Assembly: GCA_963676635.1 (NCBI GenBank)
Contig: OY781105.1
Span: 4,173,138-4,237,137 of the forward strand
DNA: 64,000 bases
Reading direction: 5' to 3'
Origin: Bacteroidales bacterium
Lineage (GTDB): Bacteria; Bacteroidota; Bacteroidia; Bacteroidales; F082
The position numbers and the translations under genes were made by a program. Under the pieces are notes generated by a model. That model did not search any database. It saw nothing but the letters and a program-made list of their open reading frames with translations, and was not told where the DNA came from. Shown in pieces: positions 1-9,086 of the stretch; the first letter of the stretch is position 1; each line of letters starts with the position of its first letter.

Positions 1-33
1 TGCTTTGCTATTTCCTGTCTGTATCTTTATTTA

Positions 34-702
34 CTACCTTAGTAATTTTGATATTATATCATCCGTGATTTCTTCAACCTGTTTTCTGCGGTATTGCATA
101 ATCCATCTGGGGTGGGGCAGGGGTATTATCTCTTTAAAAAGATGTGTTTCGTTGTTTAGGTATTTTAAGTATTCATAGTTTTTTCCTTGTCCTAAGCAGT
201 AAACTTTTGATGAAACTATCCCTAAACCAATTTGCTTTATAAGGTTTGAAATTATTACGGGTTTTAGCTTGCGCAGAAGTATTGCGTTATCGTAGTAATT
301 TAGATTTTTATTGTTTTTTACGAAGCCCAGCGGACTTACTGATCCAATGTAGAAGTGTTTATAAAATTCTTGTGGTGTGCCAATTTTTGTGATCAGGTAA
401 TAGATGAATTCTGAAGATAACTCGCGCTTTTTATGAAAGCTGTTGCTGATACCGCAGTGCTTCTCAAGGTTTACCGGATCTGTAAATGGTATTCCTGTTA
501 TGCCTGCCCCAAATCTGCCGGGATTTATCCCAAGGATCATACGGCGGGGATTTTTATCGTTGTAATACTGATTGTAGAACTTTTCGCAAATTTCCATTAC
601 TTCTGTGTCTTTGTATGGATTTAGAATTGTTATATCATCGGGTATCTTTGCTTCATATGACAACTCCTGATAAAAACTGATGATTCTTTTTGAAAAAGGC
701 AT
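34..702 (-). CDS. Uracil-DNA glycosylase superfamily protein (DUF4918/SMUG-like)
   Basis: 222-aa ORF with GINPGRFGAGITGIPFTDP and a C-terminal LPHPRW motif, resembling the two active-site motifs of UDG-fold families. Recognised from memory of the family, not searched. Confidence 0.55.
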   Translation of the reverse strand: MPFSKRIISFYQELSYEAKIPDDITILNPYKDTEVMEICEKFYNQYYNDKNPRRMILGINPGRFGAGITGIPFTDPVNLEKHCGISNSFHKKRELSSEFIYYLITKIGTPQEFYKHFYIGSVSPLGFVKNNKNLNYYDNAILLRKLKPVIISNLIKQIGLGIVSSKVYCLGQGKNYEYLKYLNNETHLFKEIIPLPHPRWIMQYRRKQVEEITDDIISKLLR

Positions 703-782
703 AAAGTAATTTATTGTTAATGTTAAATATTCGTGAAAATTTCTTATTTTCGAAGGTTCAAATATAACTATTTAAACTTTTA

Positions 783-3700
783 ATGCACTGCAATACATAT
801 TTATTTAGATGGATACTGACTGTTCTGTTTTCTGCGGTTATTGGATATTCCGGATACTCAGAAAAGCAGTATACTCTGGATAAGAGGATACTTCTTGAAG
901 AAGGCCTTAGTCAGAACAGGGTTACTTGTATTGTGGAGGATGATCAGGGCTTTATGTGGTTTGGTACTGCCGATGGCCTTAATCGTTATGATGGTTATAA
1001 CTTTAAAATTTTCAGAAATATTGTTGGCGATTCTACTTCTCTTCCCAATAACAGTATTCAGGATATTATAAAAGATTATGATGGTAATCTTTGGATTGCT
1101 ACTAATAATGGTGTGTCGTGTTTTAATCCCTATAACGAGACTTTTATATCCAGTATTGAGCTGGATTCTTCGCTGGATGCAATGGGAGCTAATGTTATTT
1201 TTAGAGTTGTTGTGGATACCAATAATAATATCTGGTGCGGAACTTCTGGTGCTGGTGTCTTTACTATTAATAGAAATACATTTGAACGTAAATATGTTGA
1301 GCTTAAATGTAAGCAGGTTAATTTTAAGGTTATTAATGCTCTGATGGTTGATAATAAGAATCACTTATGGGTGTCAGTTCTTGGCTCTGAGATTTTGTTA
1401 ACATATGATATTGAACAAAATACTATTAATCATCATTGTGTTACTATTAATGGCAAGCATGGAAACCTGAGGTTAAATGATATTTACCAGAGTGTAACGG
1501 GCAGAATATGGGTTGGTCTTATGGATTATACATACATGAATGGGGCGCTTCTGTTTTATGATCCGGCTAAGGATAGTCTTGTGAACGTTAAGGATTATAT
1601 CGATAGTGATTTCGTTAATGAGTATAAGGATACCTTTAGCATTATTTCGAGCCTTACCGGTGATAGTGATGGAACTATTTATGCGGCTAGCTTAATGGGT
1701 GGTGTGATAAGTATCAGTGATAACTTTAAGACGGAAGTTAGCTATATAAATGGCCCAGGTCAGGATATAGGTAATTTGTCTGTTTATTATAGTTCTAATG
1801 ATATTTTATGGGTTGGTACAAATGGTAAAGGTGTGCAGCTATCTGTACCCAGAACGGCCGACTTTAAACTGTTAAATTATGATGTAAATCCTGATTTTAT
1901 AATTGAGAGTATGAGGTCGATTACTGAAGGTGATGATTTATACTGGTTCGGAGGATACCATGGTGTGGTAAGTGCTTCTAAAGATTTTAGTGATTTGTCG
2001 TATTCTTTTGAATCAAATGTTTATAATATTACTGATTGTTTAACAAATCCTGATTATCTGTGGCTTGGAATTGAAGGTGGTGGTTTGATGAAGTTTAATA
2101 AAAGAACCAGAAAATCTGAGCATATGACTTTTGAAGCTGTATATGAAGACAGGTATCTTGTGAATTATACTTATAAAGTGTTCCCTGTTTCTGATTCGAT
2201 GATTTTGTTGGGAACAGAAGGTGGATTGTCGGGGTTTAACCCAAAATCAAATGAACTTTTTTATTTTGACCAACCTATCGAAGATCAGGAGAATCCATGG
2301 AAAATGGCAGTGCGTACCATTTGCTACGATAATGATAGTAATATTCTGGTGGGGTTTAACCAGGGTAAGATAGGTGTTGTGCATGTCAGCGATACTACAG
2401 TTCATGAATTTGAGGTTATTAAACAATCAGGATTCTCAAAAAATAGTGATCCTGTTAATTGTATTTACAACGATTCAGTTTTCTATTGGATTGCTACAAG
2501 TAATGGACTGTATTGCGTTAATATTGAGTTGAATAGCACAAAAAGATATAGCGAGAAAAACGGATTGCCCAATAGTCATATATATGCTATTCTGCCTGAT
2601 AATGTTAATAGGTTATGGATGAGTACCAACAATGGTATTACTTGTTTTGATCCGGAAACAGATAGGTTTCAGAATTTTGATGTAAGTGATGGACTTCAAA
2701 GCAATGAATTCAATACCGGGGCTTATTATAGAGCAAATGATGGAACTCTGTTTTTTGGGGGTATTAATGGTGTGAATTATTTTAAACCCGCTTCTATTAA
2801 ATATAATACTATACCTGCTACTGTTGTGCTTACTGGATTGAAACTAGGTAATGAAGATGTTATTCCGGATAGGGTATTAATTGAAGATAGAAAGTTGGTT
2901 GTTTATCCCGAAAATAATGTTTTTACTATTGAATTTGCTGGACTGAGCTATATAAACAGTTTTAAAAATAAATATAAATACCGTATTAAGCAGATTAGTG
3001 AGGAGTGGATTGATCTGGGTAATTCTCATAAGTTGTCTTTTAATAATATGGCTCATGGCGATTATACTCTTGAAATTATCGCTGCTAATAATCATGATGT
3101 ATGGACTGTAGTACCTTATGTGCTGAATATTGAAGTTATACCCCGTTTTTATGAAACAGGTTACTTTTATGCTTCTTTGATACTTATTATTATTGTTATA
3201 GCTGTGCTATTGAATAAATACAGAGTGGTAAGAATTGAGAAACAGCGTGAAATACTGCAAATAAAAGTAGAGGAGCAAACAAAAAGTCTCTCTCATACAA
3301 ATGGTATTCTTAAAAATGAGATTGACGAACATAAGAAAACAACCAGCGATCTTGAAGCATCCAATGAAACAAAGGATAAATTTATTTCTATTATTGCTCA
3401 TGATATACTTAATCCTGTTGGCGTAATACAGGGTTTCTCGGAGTTGATTGCTGATAACCATGAAGATATGTCGCTGGAGGAAATTATTGAATATAATCAT
3501 AATATAAATATTACTGTACGTAGTCTTAATGCATTGATTTATAATTTACTTCAATGGTCAAAGCTTGAAAGTAAGAAAATTAAGCCCAAGCCTGAAATAA
3601 TAATGTTAAAATCTCAAATTAGTTCTGGTTTGCAATTGTTGACGGGATTATTGAGTGAGAAAAACATAAATCTTGTTGTTAATGTTGACAATTCTGTGGA

Positions 3701-4082
3701 GGCTTTCGCTGATAGTAATATGTTTTATACAATCATGCGGAACCTTGTCTCCAATGCAATAAAGTTTACTCCTACTAAAGGTACTATTGTCGTTTCCGCA
3801 GTTACATCAGATAACAAAGCCATTATAACTGTTGAAGATAATGGCGTGGGTATACCACCTGACAAGATTGGCTCTATCTTTAATAATAACGGACAGTATT
3901 CAACTAAAGGTACTAATAATGAGTCAGGAACAGGATTAGGTCTGACTTTAGTGCATGAATTTGTGCTTATGAATAAAGGGACAATTAAGGTGGAAAGTGA
4001 AGTCAATAGCGGAACTCTGTTTACCATAGAGCTTCCCGCTTCTAATATAAGTTATGAGTCTGAATCTGGAAAAAATACTTGA
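783..4082 (+). CDS. Sensor histidine kinase with periplasmic two-component-regulator propeller/Y_Y_Y-type region; no receiver domain
   Basis: 1099-aa ORF. N-terminal repeats of the type LPNNSIQDIIKDYDGNLWIATNNGVSCFNP, one TM segment (YFYASLILIIIVIAVLL), a coiled coil, an H-box (FISIIAHDILNPV) and HATPase N/G boxes (NAIKFT, DNGVGI, GTGLGLTLV). Confidence 0.85.
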   Translation: MHCNTYLFRWILTVLFSAVIGYSGYSEKQYTLDKRILLEEGLSQNRVTCIVEDDQGFMWFGTADGLNRYDGYNFKIFRNIVGDSTSLPNNSIQDIIKDYDGNLWIATNNGVSCFNPYNETFISSIELDSSLDAMGANVIFRVVVDTNNNIWCGTSGAGVFTINRNTFERKYVELKCKQVNFKVINALMVDNKNHLWVSVLGSEILLTYDIEQNTINHHCVTINGKHGNLRLNDIYQSVTGRIWVGLMDYTYMNGALLFYDPAKDSLVNVKDYIDSDFVNEYKDTFSIISSLTGDSDGTIYAASLMGGVISISDNFKTEVSYINGPGQDIGNLSVYYSSNDILWVGTNGKGVQLSVPRTADFKLLNYDVNPDFIIESMRSITEGDDLYWFGGYHGVVSASKDFSDLSYSFESNVYNITDCLTNPDYLWLGIEGGGLMKFNKRTRKSEHMTFEAVYEDRYLVNYTYKVFPVSDSMILLGTEGGLSGFNPKSNELFYFDQPIEDQENPWKMAVRTICYDNDSNILVGFNQGKIGVVHVSDTTVHEFEVIKQSGFSKNSDPVNCIYNDSVFYWIATSNGLYCVNIELNSTKRYSEKNGLPNSHIYAILPDNVNRLWMSTNNGITCFDPETDRFQNFDVSDGLQSNEFNTGAYYRANDGTLFFGGINGVNYFKPASIKYNTIPATVVLTGLKLGNEDVIPDRVLIEDRKLVVYPENNVFTIEFAGLSYINSFKNKYKYRIKQISEEWIDLGNSHKLSFNNMAHGDYTLEIIAANNHDVWTVVPYVLNIEVIPRFYETGYFYASLILIIIVIAVLLNKYRVVRIEKQREILQIKVEEQTKSLSHTNGILKNEIDEHKKTTSDLEASNETKDKFISIIAHDILNPVGVIQGFSELIADNHEDMSLEEIIEYNHNINITVRSLNALIYNLLQWSKLESKKIKPKPEIIMLKSQISSGLQLLTGLLSEKNINLVVNVDNSVEAFADSNMFYTIMRNLVSNAIKFTPTKGTIVVSAVTSDNKAIITVEDNGVGIPPDKIGSIFNNNGQYSTKGTNNESGTGLGLTLVHEFVLMNKGTIKVESEVNSGTLFTIELPASNISYESESGKNT

Positions 4083-5025
4083 TGAGCTGATAATTAAAAA
4101 GAATCCTGATACTAAGATTGTTGACAGTCCTGGTGATTCTCAGTGGGGTCAGCTCATTATACCAAAAAATGATCATCAAAAGCAATCTGAAAAGGACACG
4201 CTAAGAATATTATTAATTGCCAGCTACAAAACCGGAGGGATATTATTAAAAACACTTCTCAAAATTCAGCAGTTGTTTCCTGGTAAAACAGAAGTCGTTG
4301 GCTTTGTTACTGATGATCCGGTAAGTGATAAGGCAAAAATATCAGTTAAACGACGGATATGGAGGAAGTATAATGATGTTCAAAGGTTAAAACTCGAAGA
4401 TGATATTATTGATATTGCAGTCAAGGCTGGAATACCAAGCTTTACAGGTGATATTAAGACCGACTTTGGCCATAATCTGGTAGAAAAGCTAAAGCCTGAC
4501 GCCATTTTGGTATGTGTGTTTGGACAGATTATTGATAGTCCCGTTATTAATGACCCACCCTTAGGGATATATAATTTCCACCCTGCTGATCTGGCAAATC
4601 ATCATGGTGCTGGTCCACAGCCATATCAGGATCTGGTTAATAGAAATGCTTCAGTTTCGAAGTTTACGATTCATAAGCTTACCGAACAGCTTGATGCCGG
4701 TGATGTTATAGGCCAGTCACCAGAAATATGTGTCACAACAAAAAAAGGGAAGCTTCCGGAAAATCTTTTGTTAATTGAAGATAGATTGTTTATTGTTATT
4801 GATTATATGGCTTCTGTTCTTGTATATAAACTATATGAACAGAAGTTGAAAAAATTAATGGGACCAATTGATGAAATTGATTTCTGTAGTTATTTTAGTG
4901 ACAATATGAGAAATAAACTTTTATTGCCAATTACAAAAACAACTACAGATACTTTTATCCGTGAATTAACGGATGATTCAATAATGCTGATAAAAAAACT
5001 TTGGGAAAATGAAAATTCTGTTTAA
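4054..5025 (+). CDS. Formyltransferase-fold protein (divergent)
   Basis: 323-aa ORF overlapping the kinase stop by 29 bp. The segment DAILVCVFGQII...IYNFHPADL...FTIHKLTEQLDAGDVIG resembles the Formyl_trans_N core (His and Asp present, canonical HPSLLP absent). The start codon is uncertain. Confidence 0.45.
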   Translation: MSLNLEKILDELIIKKNPDTKIVDSPGDSQWGQLIIPKNDHQKQSEKDTLRILLIASYKTGGILLKTLLKIQQLFPGKTEVVGFVTDDPVSDKAKISVKRRIWRKYNDVQRLKLEDDIIDIAVKAGIPSFTGDIKTDFGHNLVEKLKPDAILVCVFGQIIDSPVINDPPLGIYNFHPADLANHHGAGPQPYQDLVNRNASVSKFTIHKLTEQLDAGDVIGQSPEICVTTKKGKLPENLLLIEDRLFIVIDYMASVLVYKLYEQKLKKLMGPIDEIDFCSYFSDNMRNKLLLPITKTTTDTFIRELTDDSIMLIKKLWENENSV

Positions 5026-5899
5026 TAAGAAATTTATCGGATTCCATCACAGGAAGTATTATGAGGAGGCTTCTTACCGGCTGCAGGCTTTCGCTGATAA
5101 ATATGAAGATTCATGGGCTGATGGTGCGGAGTATTTATCGTTGATTCACCCCGAAGAATATCATAATAATTTTAAAGCAGCATGCGAGAAGGGTGACAGA
5201 ATAGCTGAAGTAAACCTCTCTCCTGAAAGTTATGAAGCTGCTCTGCTTGCTGTAGGTCTTACTGTTAAAGCAAGTCAGACTGGCGATTTTGCTGCAGTAC
5301 GCCCCCCTGGCCACCATGCTATGCGCAACGAAGCTGCCGGATTTTGTTTCTTTAATAATGTTGCTATCGCCGCTCAGAAGCTGGCTAATGAAGGTAAAAA
5401 AGTATTTATTCTTGATATCGATGGCCATCATGGCGATGGCACTCAGTCTATATTTTATGACAATCCTGATGTTTTCTTCTGCTCAATACATCAGCAATGG
5501 GCATACCCCGGTACGGGATTCCCTACCGAGACAGGTATTGGGGTAGGAGTGGGGAAAACACTGAATATACCAATCCTGGCTGGTGGTAAAGATATTGATT
5601 TGTATAGCGCCCTTAATAAGGCTATCGCTGCAGCTAAGGATTTTGGTGCCGATGTACTGGCTGTAAGTGCCGGTTTCGACGGCTATGAGTCGGATAACCT
5701 GCTTGAGCTGAATTTTACTATCAAAGGTTATTATGAGTGCGGATTAAGACTGCGACGTGCATTCCCCAATATGTTCGCTGTTCTGGAAGGTGGATACCAT
5801 GACGATGTGCTGGATTGTGTGGAAGCTTTTGTGGAAGGAGTAAATGTTGGCGCCAGACCACGGAAGAATTTGTATGATAGCGATATGTCGATAGGGTGA
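5009..5899 (+). CDS. Histone deacetylase / acetylpolyamine amidohydrolase family protein
   Basis: 296-aa ORF with RPPGHHA, DIDGHHGDGTQ and EGGYH, the zinc-binding and catalytic motifs of the arginase/deacetylase fold. It overlaps the upstream gene by 17 bp. Confidence 0.8.
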   Translation: MKILFNKKFIGFHHRKYYEEASYRLQAFADKYEDSWADGAEYLSLIHPEEYHNNFKAACEKGDRIAEVNLSPESYEAALLAVGLTVKASQTGDFAAVRPPGHHAMRNEAAGFCFFNNVAIAAQKLANEGKKVFILDIDGHHGDGTQSIFYDNPDVFFCSIHQQWAYPGTGFPTETGIGVGVGKTLNIPILAGGKDIDLYSALNKAIAAAKDFGADVLAVSAGFDGYESDNLLELNFTIKGYYECGLRLRRAFPNMFAVLEGGYHDDVLDCVEAFVEGVNVGARPRKNLYDSDMSIG

Positions 5900-6116
5900 G
5901 TGAATGCGACTTTTGCGAATACCATCCTGCTAAACCTGAGGTGGATATGACGGGCAAGTGCAACTTGGAGACTGTGTTAGGGACTTGAGGGAACAAGCCT
6001 CTGAAGCAGATACAATGTTTATGAATAGCAACTTGGAGAATATACTAAAATCCTGTATTGTTATCCCTGAAAATTATTAAAACCACAAACCAAAGTTAAT
6101 AAATTACCAATGATTT

Positions 6117-6235
6117 TTATTATATTTGAAACCTGTTAATTATTGAAACTAAAAAACTGAACTTGCTGAAATACTTTAATATATAACTTAAGTATTACCT
6201 GAAGTAGTTAAAAAGCTATTTCCATGTTTTGGTAT
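6117..6235. repeat. Left copy of a ~120-bp inverted repeat pair (partner at 60968-61090)
   Basis: The segment tttgaaacctgttaattattgaaactaaaaaactgaacttgctgaaatact...gttttggtat matches the reverse complement of 60968-61090, with near-identity over the first ~45 nt and a looser match after. Confidence 0.6.
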
Positions 6236-6395
6236 GCAACAGAATAACAAGACTCTATCAATCGCCCAGCCCCCGGTAATGAACCCATATTGAATTATAC
6301 ATGTCTAACTAAAGGCTTTATACCTCATTATTGCTGATGATTTGACTGGCTTTTTGAGTTAAATAATAGCAGTCCGACCAATACTCTCGGTATTT

Positions 6396-6493
6396 TGCAA
6401 CGAATAAAGCATTCAATTAATGCAAATAATGCAACGAATATTGTCAAATGCAGCGAATAATGTATATATTTGTTGCAAAAAATACAACGAATG
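6396..6493 (+). promoter_or_regulatory. Five direct copies of a TGCAACGAATA-like box upstream of and over the Fic gene start
   Basis: tgcaacgaata (6396), tgcaaataa (6421), tgcaacgaata (6430), tgcagcgaata (6449), tacaacgaatg (6483). Confidence 0.4.
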
Positions 6494-7594
6494 AGTTATT
6501 ATATACATCAAAGAGATAATTGGCCGGATTTCACTTGGAAAAATGATGAAATAGTTATTCCATTAAGTGAAGTAAGAAATATGCAAGGACGATTAATTGG
6601 GAGAATGGAATCTTTGGGTTTTGATTTAAAAGACGAAGCTTTATTGGAAACTCTAACCTTAGATGTCTTAAAATCATCAGAAATAGAAGGAGAATTATTA
6701 AATCCAGCACAAGTACGAACGTCAATTGCTCAGAAATTAGGTATGGATTTCGCTGGCTTCGTTATGTCTGACCGAAATATTGATGGAATGGTAGATATGA
6801 TGATTGATGCCACAAAAAATTGTTTCAAACCATTGACTACTGAGCGACTTTTTGATTGGCACGCTGCATTGTTTCCAACGGGAAGAAGTAGTATGTTTAA
6901 AATAATTGTTGCAGATTGGAGAAAAGATATTACAGGAACAATGCAAGTTGTGTCAGGAGCAGCAGGGCGGGAAAAAGTACATTATCAAGCTCCTGATGCT
7001 AATTTGATAGATAGCGAAATGAAGCGTTTTTTAGAATGGTTTAATAGTGATAATAAAGTTGATTTGGTGGTAAAAGCTGCAATTGCTCATTTATGGTTCT
7101 TGTCAATTCATCCTTTTCAAGATGGTAACGGACGAATAACAAGGGCTTTAACAGATATGCTATTGGCTCGGTCAGATAAAAGTACACAACGTTTCTATAG
7201 TATGTCTGCTCAAATTCAGGTAGAAAGAAATCAATATTATAATATTTTAGAAAAAACACAAAAAGGAGATCTCGAGATAACTGAATGGATTAAATGGTTT
7301 TTAAACTGTTTGATTAATGCTTTGAAGTCAACTGATATTACTTTGTTGAGAATATTATTTAAAGCTGATTTTTGGAATAAAAATTCAAAAACGGTTATTA
7401 ATGAAAGACAAAACAAAGTTCTTAACAGATTATTAGATGGGTTTGATGGGAAATTAACATCAATGAAATGGGCAAAGATTGCAAAATGCTCAAAAGATAC
7501 TGCAATTAGAGATATTAATGATTTGATAAATAAAGGAGTGCTTCAAAAAGAAACAGCTGGAGGACGAAGCACAAGTTACAGTTTGAAGAAATAG
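6491..7594 (+). CDS. Fic family protein (AMPylase-type Fic/DOC fold with C-terminal winged-helix-like region)
   Basis: Fic motif HPFQDGNGRITRA and an N-terminal YIHQRDNWPDFTW region typical of DUF4172-Fic proteins. The ORF track starts at a TTG (6470); the first ATG is at 6491. Confidence 0.85.
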   Translation: MSYYIHQRDNWPDFTWKNDEIVIPLSEVRNMQGRLIGRMESLGFDLKDEALLETLTLDVLKSSEIEGELLNPAQVRTSIAQKLGMDFAGFVMSDRNIDGMVDMMIDATKNCFKPLTTERLFDWHAALFPTGRSSMFKIIVADWRKDITGTMQVVSGAAGREKVHYQAPDANLIDSEMKRFLEWFNSDNKVDLVVKAAIAHLWFLSIHPFQDGNGRITRALTDMLLARSDKSTQRFYSMSAQIQVERNQYYNILEKTQKGDLEITEWIKWFLNCLINALKSTDITLLRILFKADFWNKNSKTVINERQNKVLNRLLDGFDGKLTSMKWAKIAKCSKDTAIRDINDLINKGVLQKETAGGRSTSYSLKK

Positions 7595-7951
7595 AAAACG
7601 CAAGAAGGTAATACACAGGACTAGTTTCTGCTGTTATAGCCAAAAAAAAAGATAAGCAATTAAGTTGGTTGAGCAAAAAGGAAGATAAAGTCAGGAACAA
7701 AAGCTAGTGCCATATTGAACATTTTTGAATAGAGCCAAGTTTTGACTTTATTACATCTGACTTTATCAAAATTTTTAATCGTAACACAATGGCTCTGCGG
7801 AAAAATGTTCTTTGTTATTTGTAAAATTACCCACAACTTATTGCACAACATGATTGACATGACATTAAAGATAATGCAGGAAGCCTGCCCAAAGGGGTAT
7901 TCTACATGGCAACAACCGGAAGAAAAAATCAGGTTATAGAATTTTGATCAG

Positions 7952-7973
7952 ATACCAATAATTGGTATATTTG
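7952..7973 (+). promoter_or_regulatory. Perfect 8-1-8 palindrome overlapping a Bacteroidota -7 box upstream of parD
   Basis: ATACCAAT-A-ATTGGTAT at 7952-7968. TATATTTG (TAnnTTTG consensus) at 7966-7973 lies 18 nt before the parD ATG. Confidence 0.5.
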
Positions 7974-7990
7974 TAAAAAATATTTTTCTT

Positions 7991-8239
7991 ATGGCAAAGA
8001 ATACATCAATATTGTTAGGTAACTATTTTGAAAATTTCATTAATCAGAAAATTAAATCGGGACAATATTCATCAGCAAGTGAGGTGGTTAGAGCTGCACT
8101 TAGGATGTTTGAATATGAAGAAACAAAAAAAGACCAATTAATCAAAGAATTAAAAAAAGGAGAAAAATCTGGATTTGTTAAAGACTTTGATAGAACCTCT
8201 TTTTTAAAAAATATGCACGACAAACATCTGACTGAATAA
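7991..8239 (+). CDS. parD: Type II antitoxin, ParD/CopG (RHH) family
   Basis: 82 aa. The N-terminus MAKNTSILLGNYFENFINQKIKSGQYSSASEVVRAALRMFE is the typical ParD signature. Its stop overlaps the toxin start (ATGA). Confidence 0.85.
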   Translation: MAKNTSILLGNYFENFINQKIKSGQYSSASEVVRAALRMFEYEETKKDQLIKELKKGEKSGFVKDFDRTSFLKNMHDKHLTE

Positions 8240-8538
8240 TGAAATATATAATCAGTCACCAAGCAAATCAGGACTTAGAAAACATCTGGCTTTATACATT
8301 TGAAAACTGGTCTGTTGAACAAGCTGATAGATATTTCGAATTAATAATGGATGAAATTGAATATATCTCAATAAATCCAGATTCCGGAATAGATTTTAGT
8401 TCAATTCGAAAAGGATATTATAGATCAAGAATAAAATCTCACTTCATTTTCTATAGAATAAATAAGAAAAATAAAGTTGTGGAAATTATCAGAATATTAT
8501 ATCAAAGAATGGATTTTGAGAATAGACTGAAAGAATGA
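8239..8538 (+). CDS. parE: Type II toxin, ParE/RelE family
   Basis: 99 aa, translationally coupled to parD, with ParE-like length and pattern (ANQDLENIW...YRI...VEIIRILYQRMD). Confidence 0.8.
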   Translation: MKYIISHQANQDLENIWLYTFENWSVEQADRYFELIMDEIEYISINPDSGIDFSSIRKGYYRSRIKSHFIFYRINKKNKVVEIIRILYQRMDFENRLKE

Positions 8539-8552
8539 CGGCAGTTGCCAAT

Positions 8553-8603
8553 GTAGTATCCCTAAAAAATAAGACAGTATAATCTTAGACTGTGGGATAC
8601 TAC
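8553..8603. repeat. Palindromic element (10-bp stem gtagtatccc/gggatactac, 31-nt loop) between convergent genes
   Basis: Inverted arms at 8553-8562 and 8594-8603. A related half-element lies at 60690-60729 (aatcttagactgtcttattttttggggatactac). No flanking T-run, so it is not called a terminator. Confidence 0.6.
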
Positions 8604-8606
8604 CCA

Positions 8607-8996
8607 TCACTCCTCAACATCATGTACAACAACTGTAAGCTCAAAAACTTTTAATGGTTTTTTACCATAATCATACTTGTTGCCATATTCCATTACCAGT
8701 TTTGATGTTCCTGCAGCAATAGGTTTAAATCTGAAAAAGTACATCCCTGCCGATCCTATCCCATCATCGCCAAGCACATAATTTGGTTTTCCTGATTTTA
8801 CAATAACAGAATCATTATAAGCAATCTTCCTCCATGTATTTCCGGAGGATGCATTACTGGGTAATTCAATTTTAAGGACTTGCCCCATTACCATGTCAAT
8901 GGTTTTTCCATTATCATCATATGTAACTTTAATCTCCTTACATCCTGATAAAGTAATTAACAAGATTGCTGAAATAATAATCGCTGTTCTTTTCAT
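8607..8996 (-). CDS. Chagasin-family (I42) peptidase inhibitor lipoprotein
   Basis: Lipoprotein signal MKRTAIIISAILLITLSGC. SNASSGNTW resembles the NPTTGYxW loop, and GIGSAGMYFFRFKPIAAGTSKLVMEY resembles GxGGxxxFxFxA...Y. Start moved to the internal Met (the ORF track extends to 9038). Confidence 0.6.
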   Translation of the reverse strand: MKRTAIIISAILLITLSGCKEIKVTYDDNGKTIDMVMGQVLKIELPSNASSGNTWRKIAYNDSVIVKSGKPNYVLGDDGIGSAGMYFFRFKPIAAGTSKLVMEYGNKYDYGKKPLKVFELTVVVHDVEE

Positions 8997-9086
8997 ACTC
9001 CTTTTGATTAAAAAAAATCCCGGAATGCAATGTGTCATCCGGGATTTTTAATTTTATTGTCTTTGACTTTCCAGCCAGACTATTTT

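Noticed and set aside
841-4027. Alternative-frame and antisense ORFs within the histidine kinase gene. The same occurs in other long CDSs (858-1364, 3207-3500, 3725-4027, and similarly 9653-11538, 39796-41300, 42678-42953, 46996-49028, 59686-60084).
   Set aside because: They are embedded in longer CDSs that have clear domain signatures. AT-rich codon bias readily creates such shadows.
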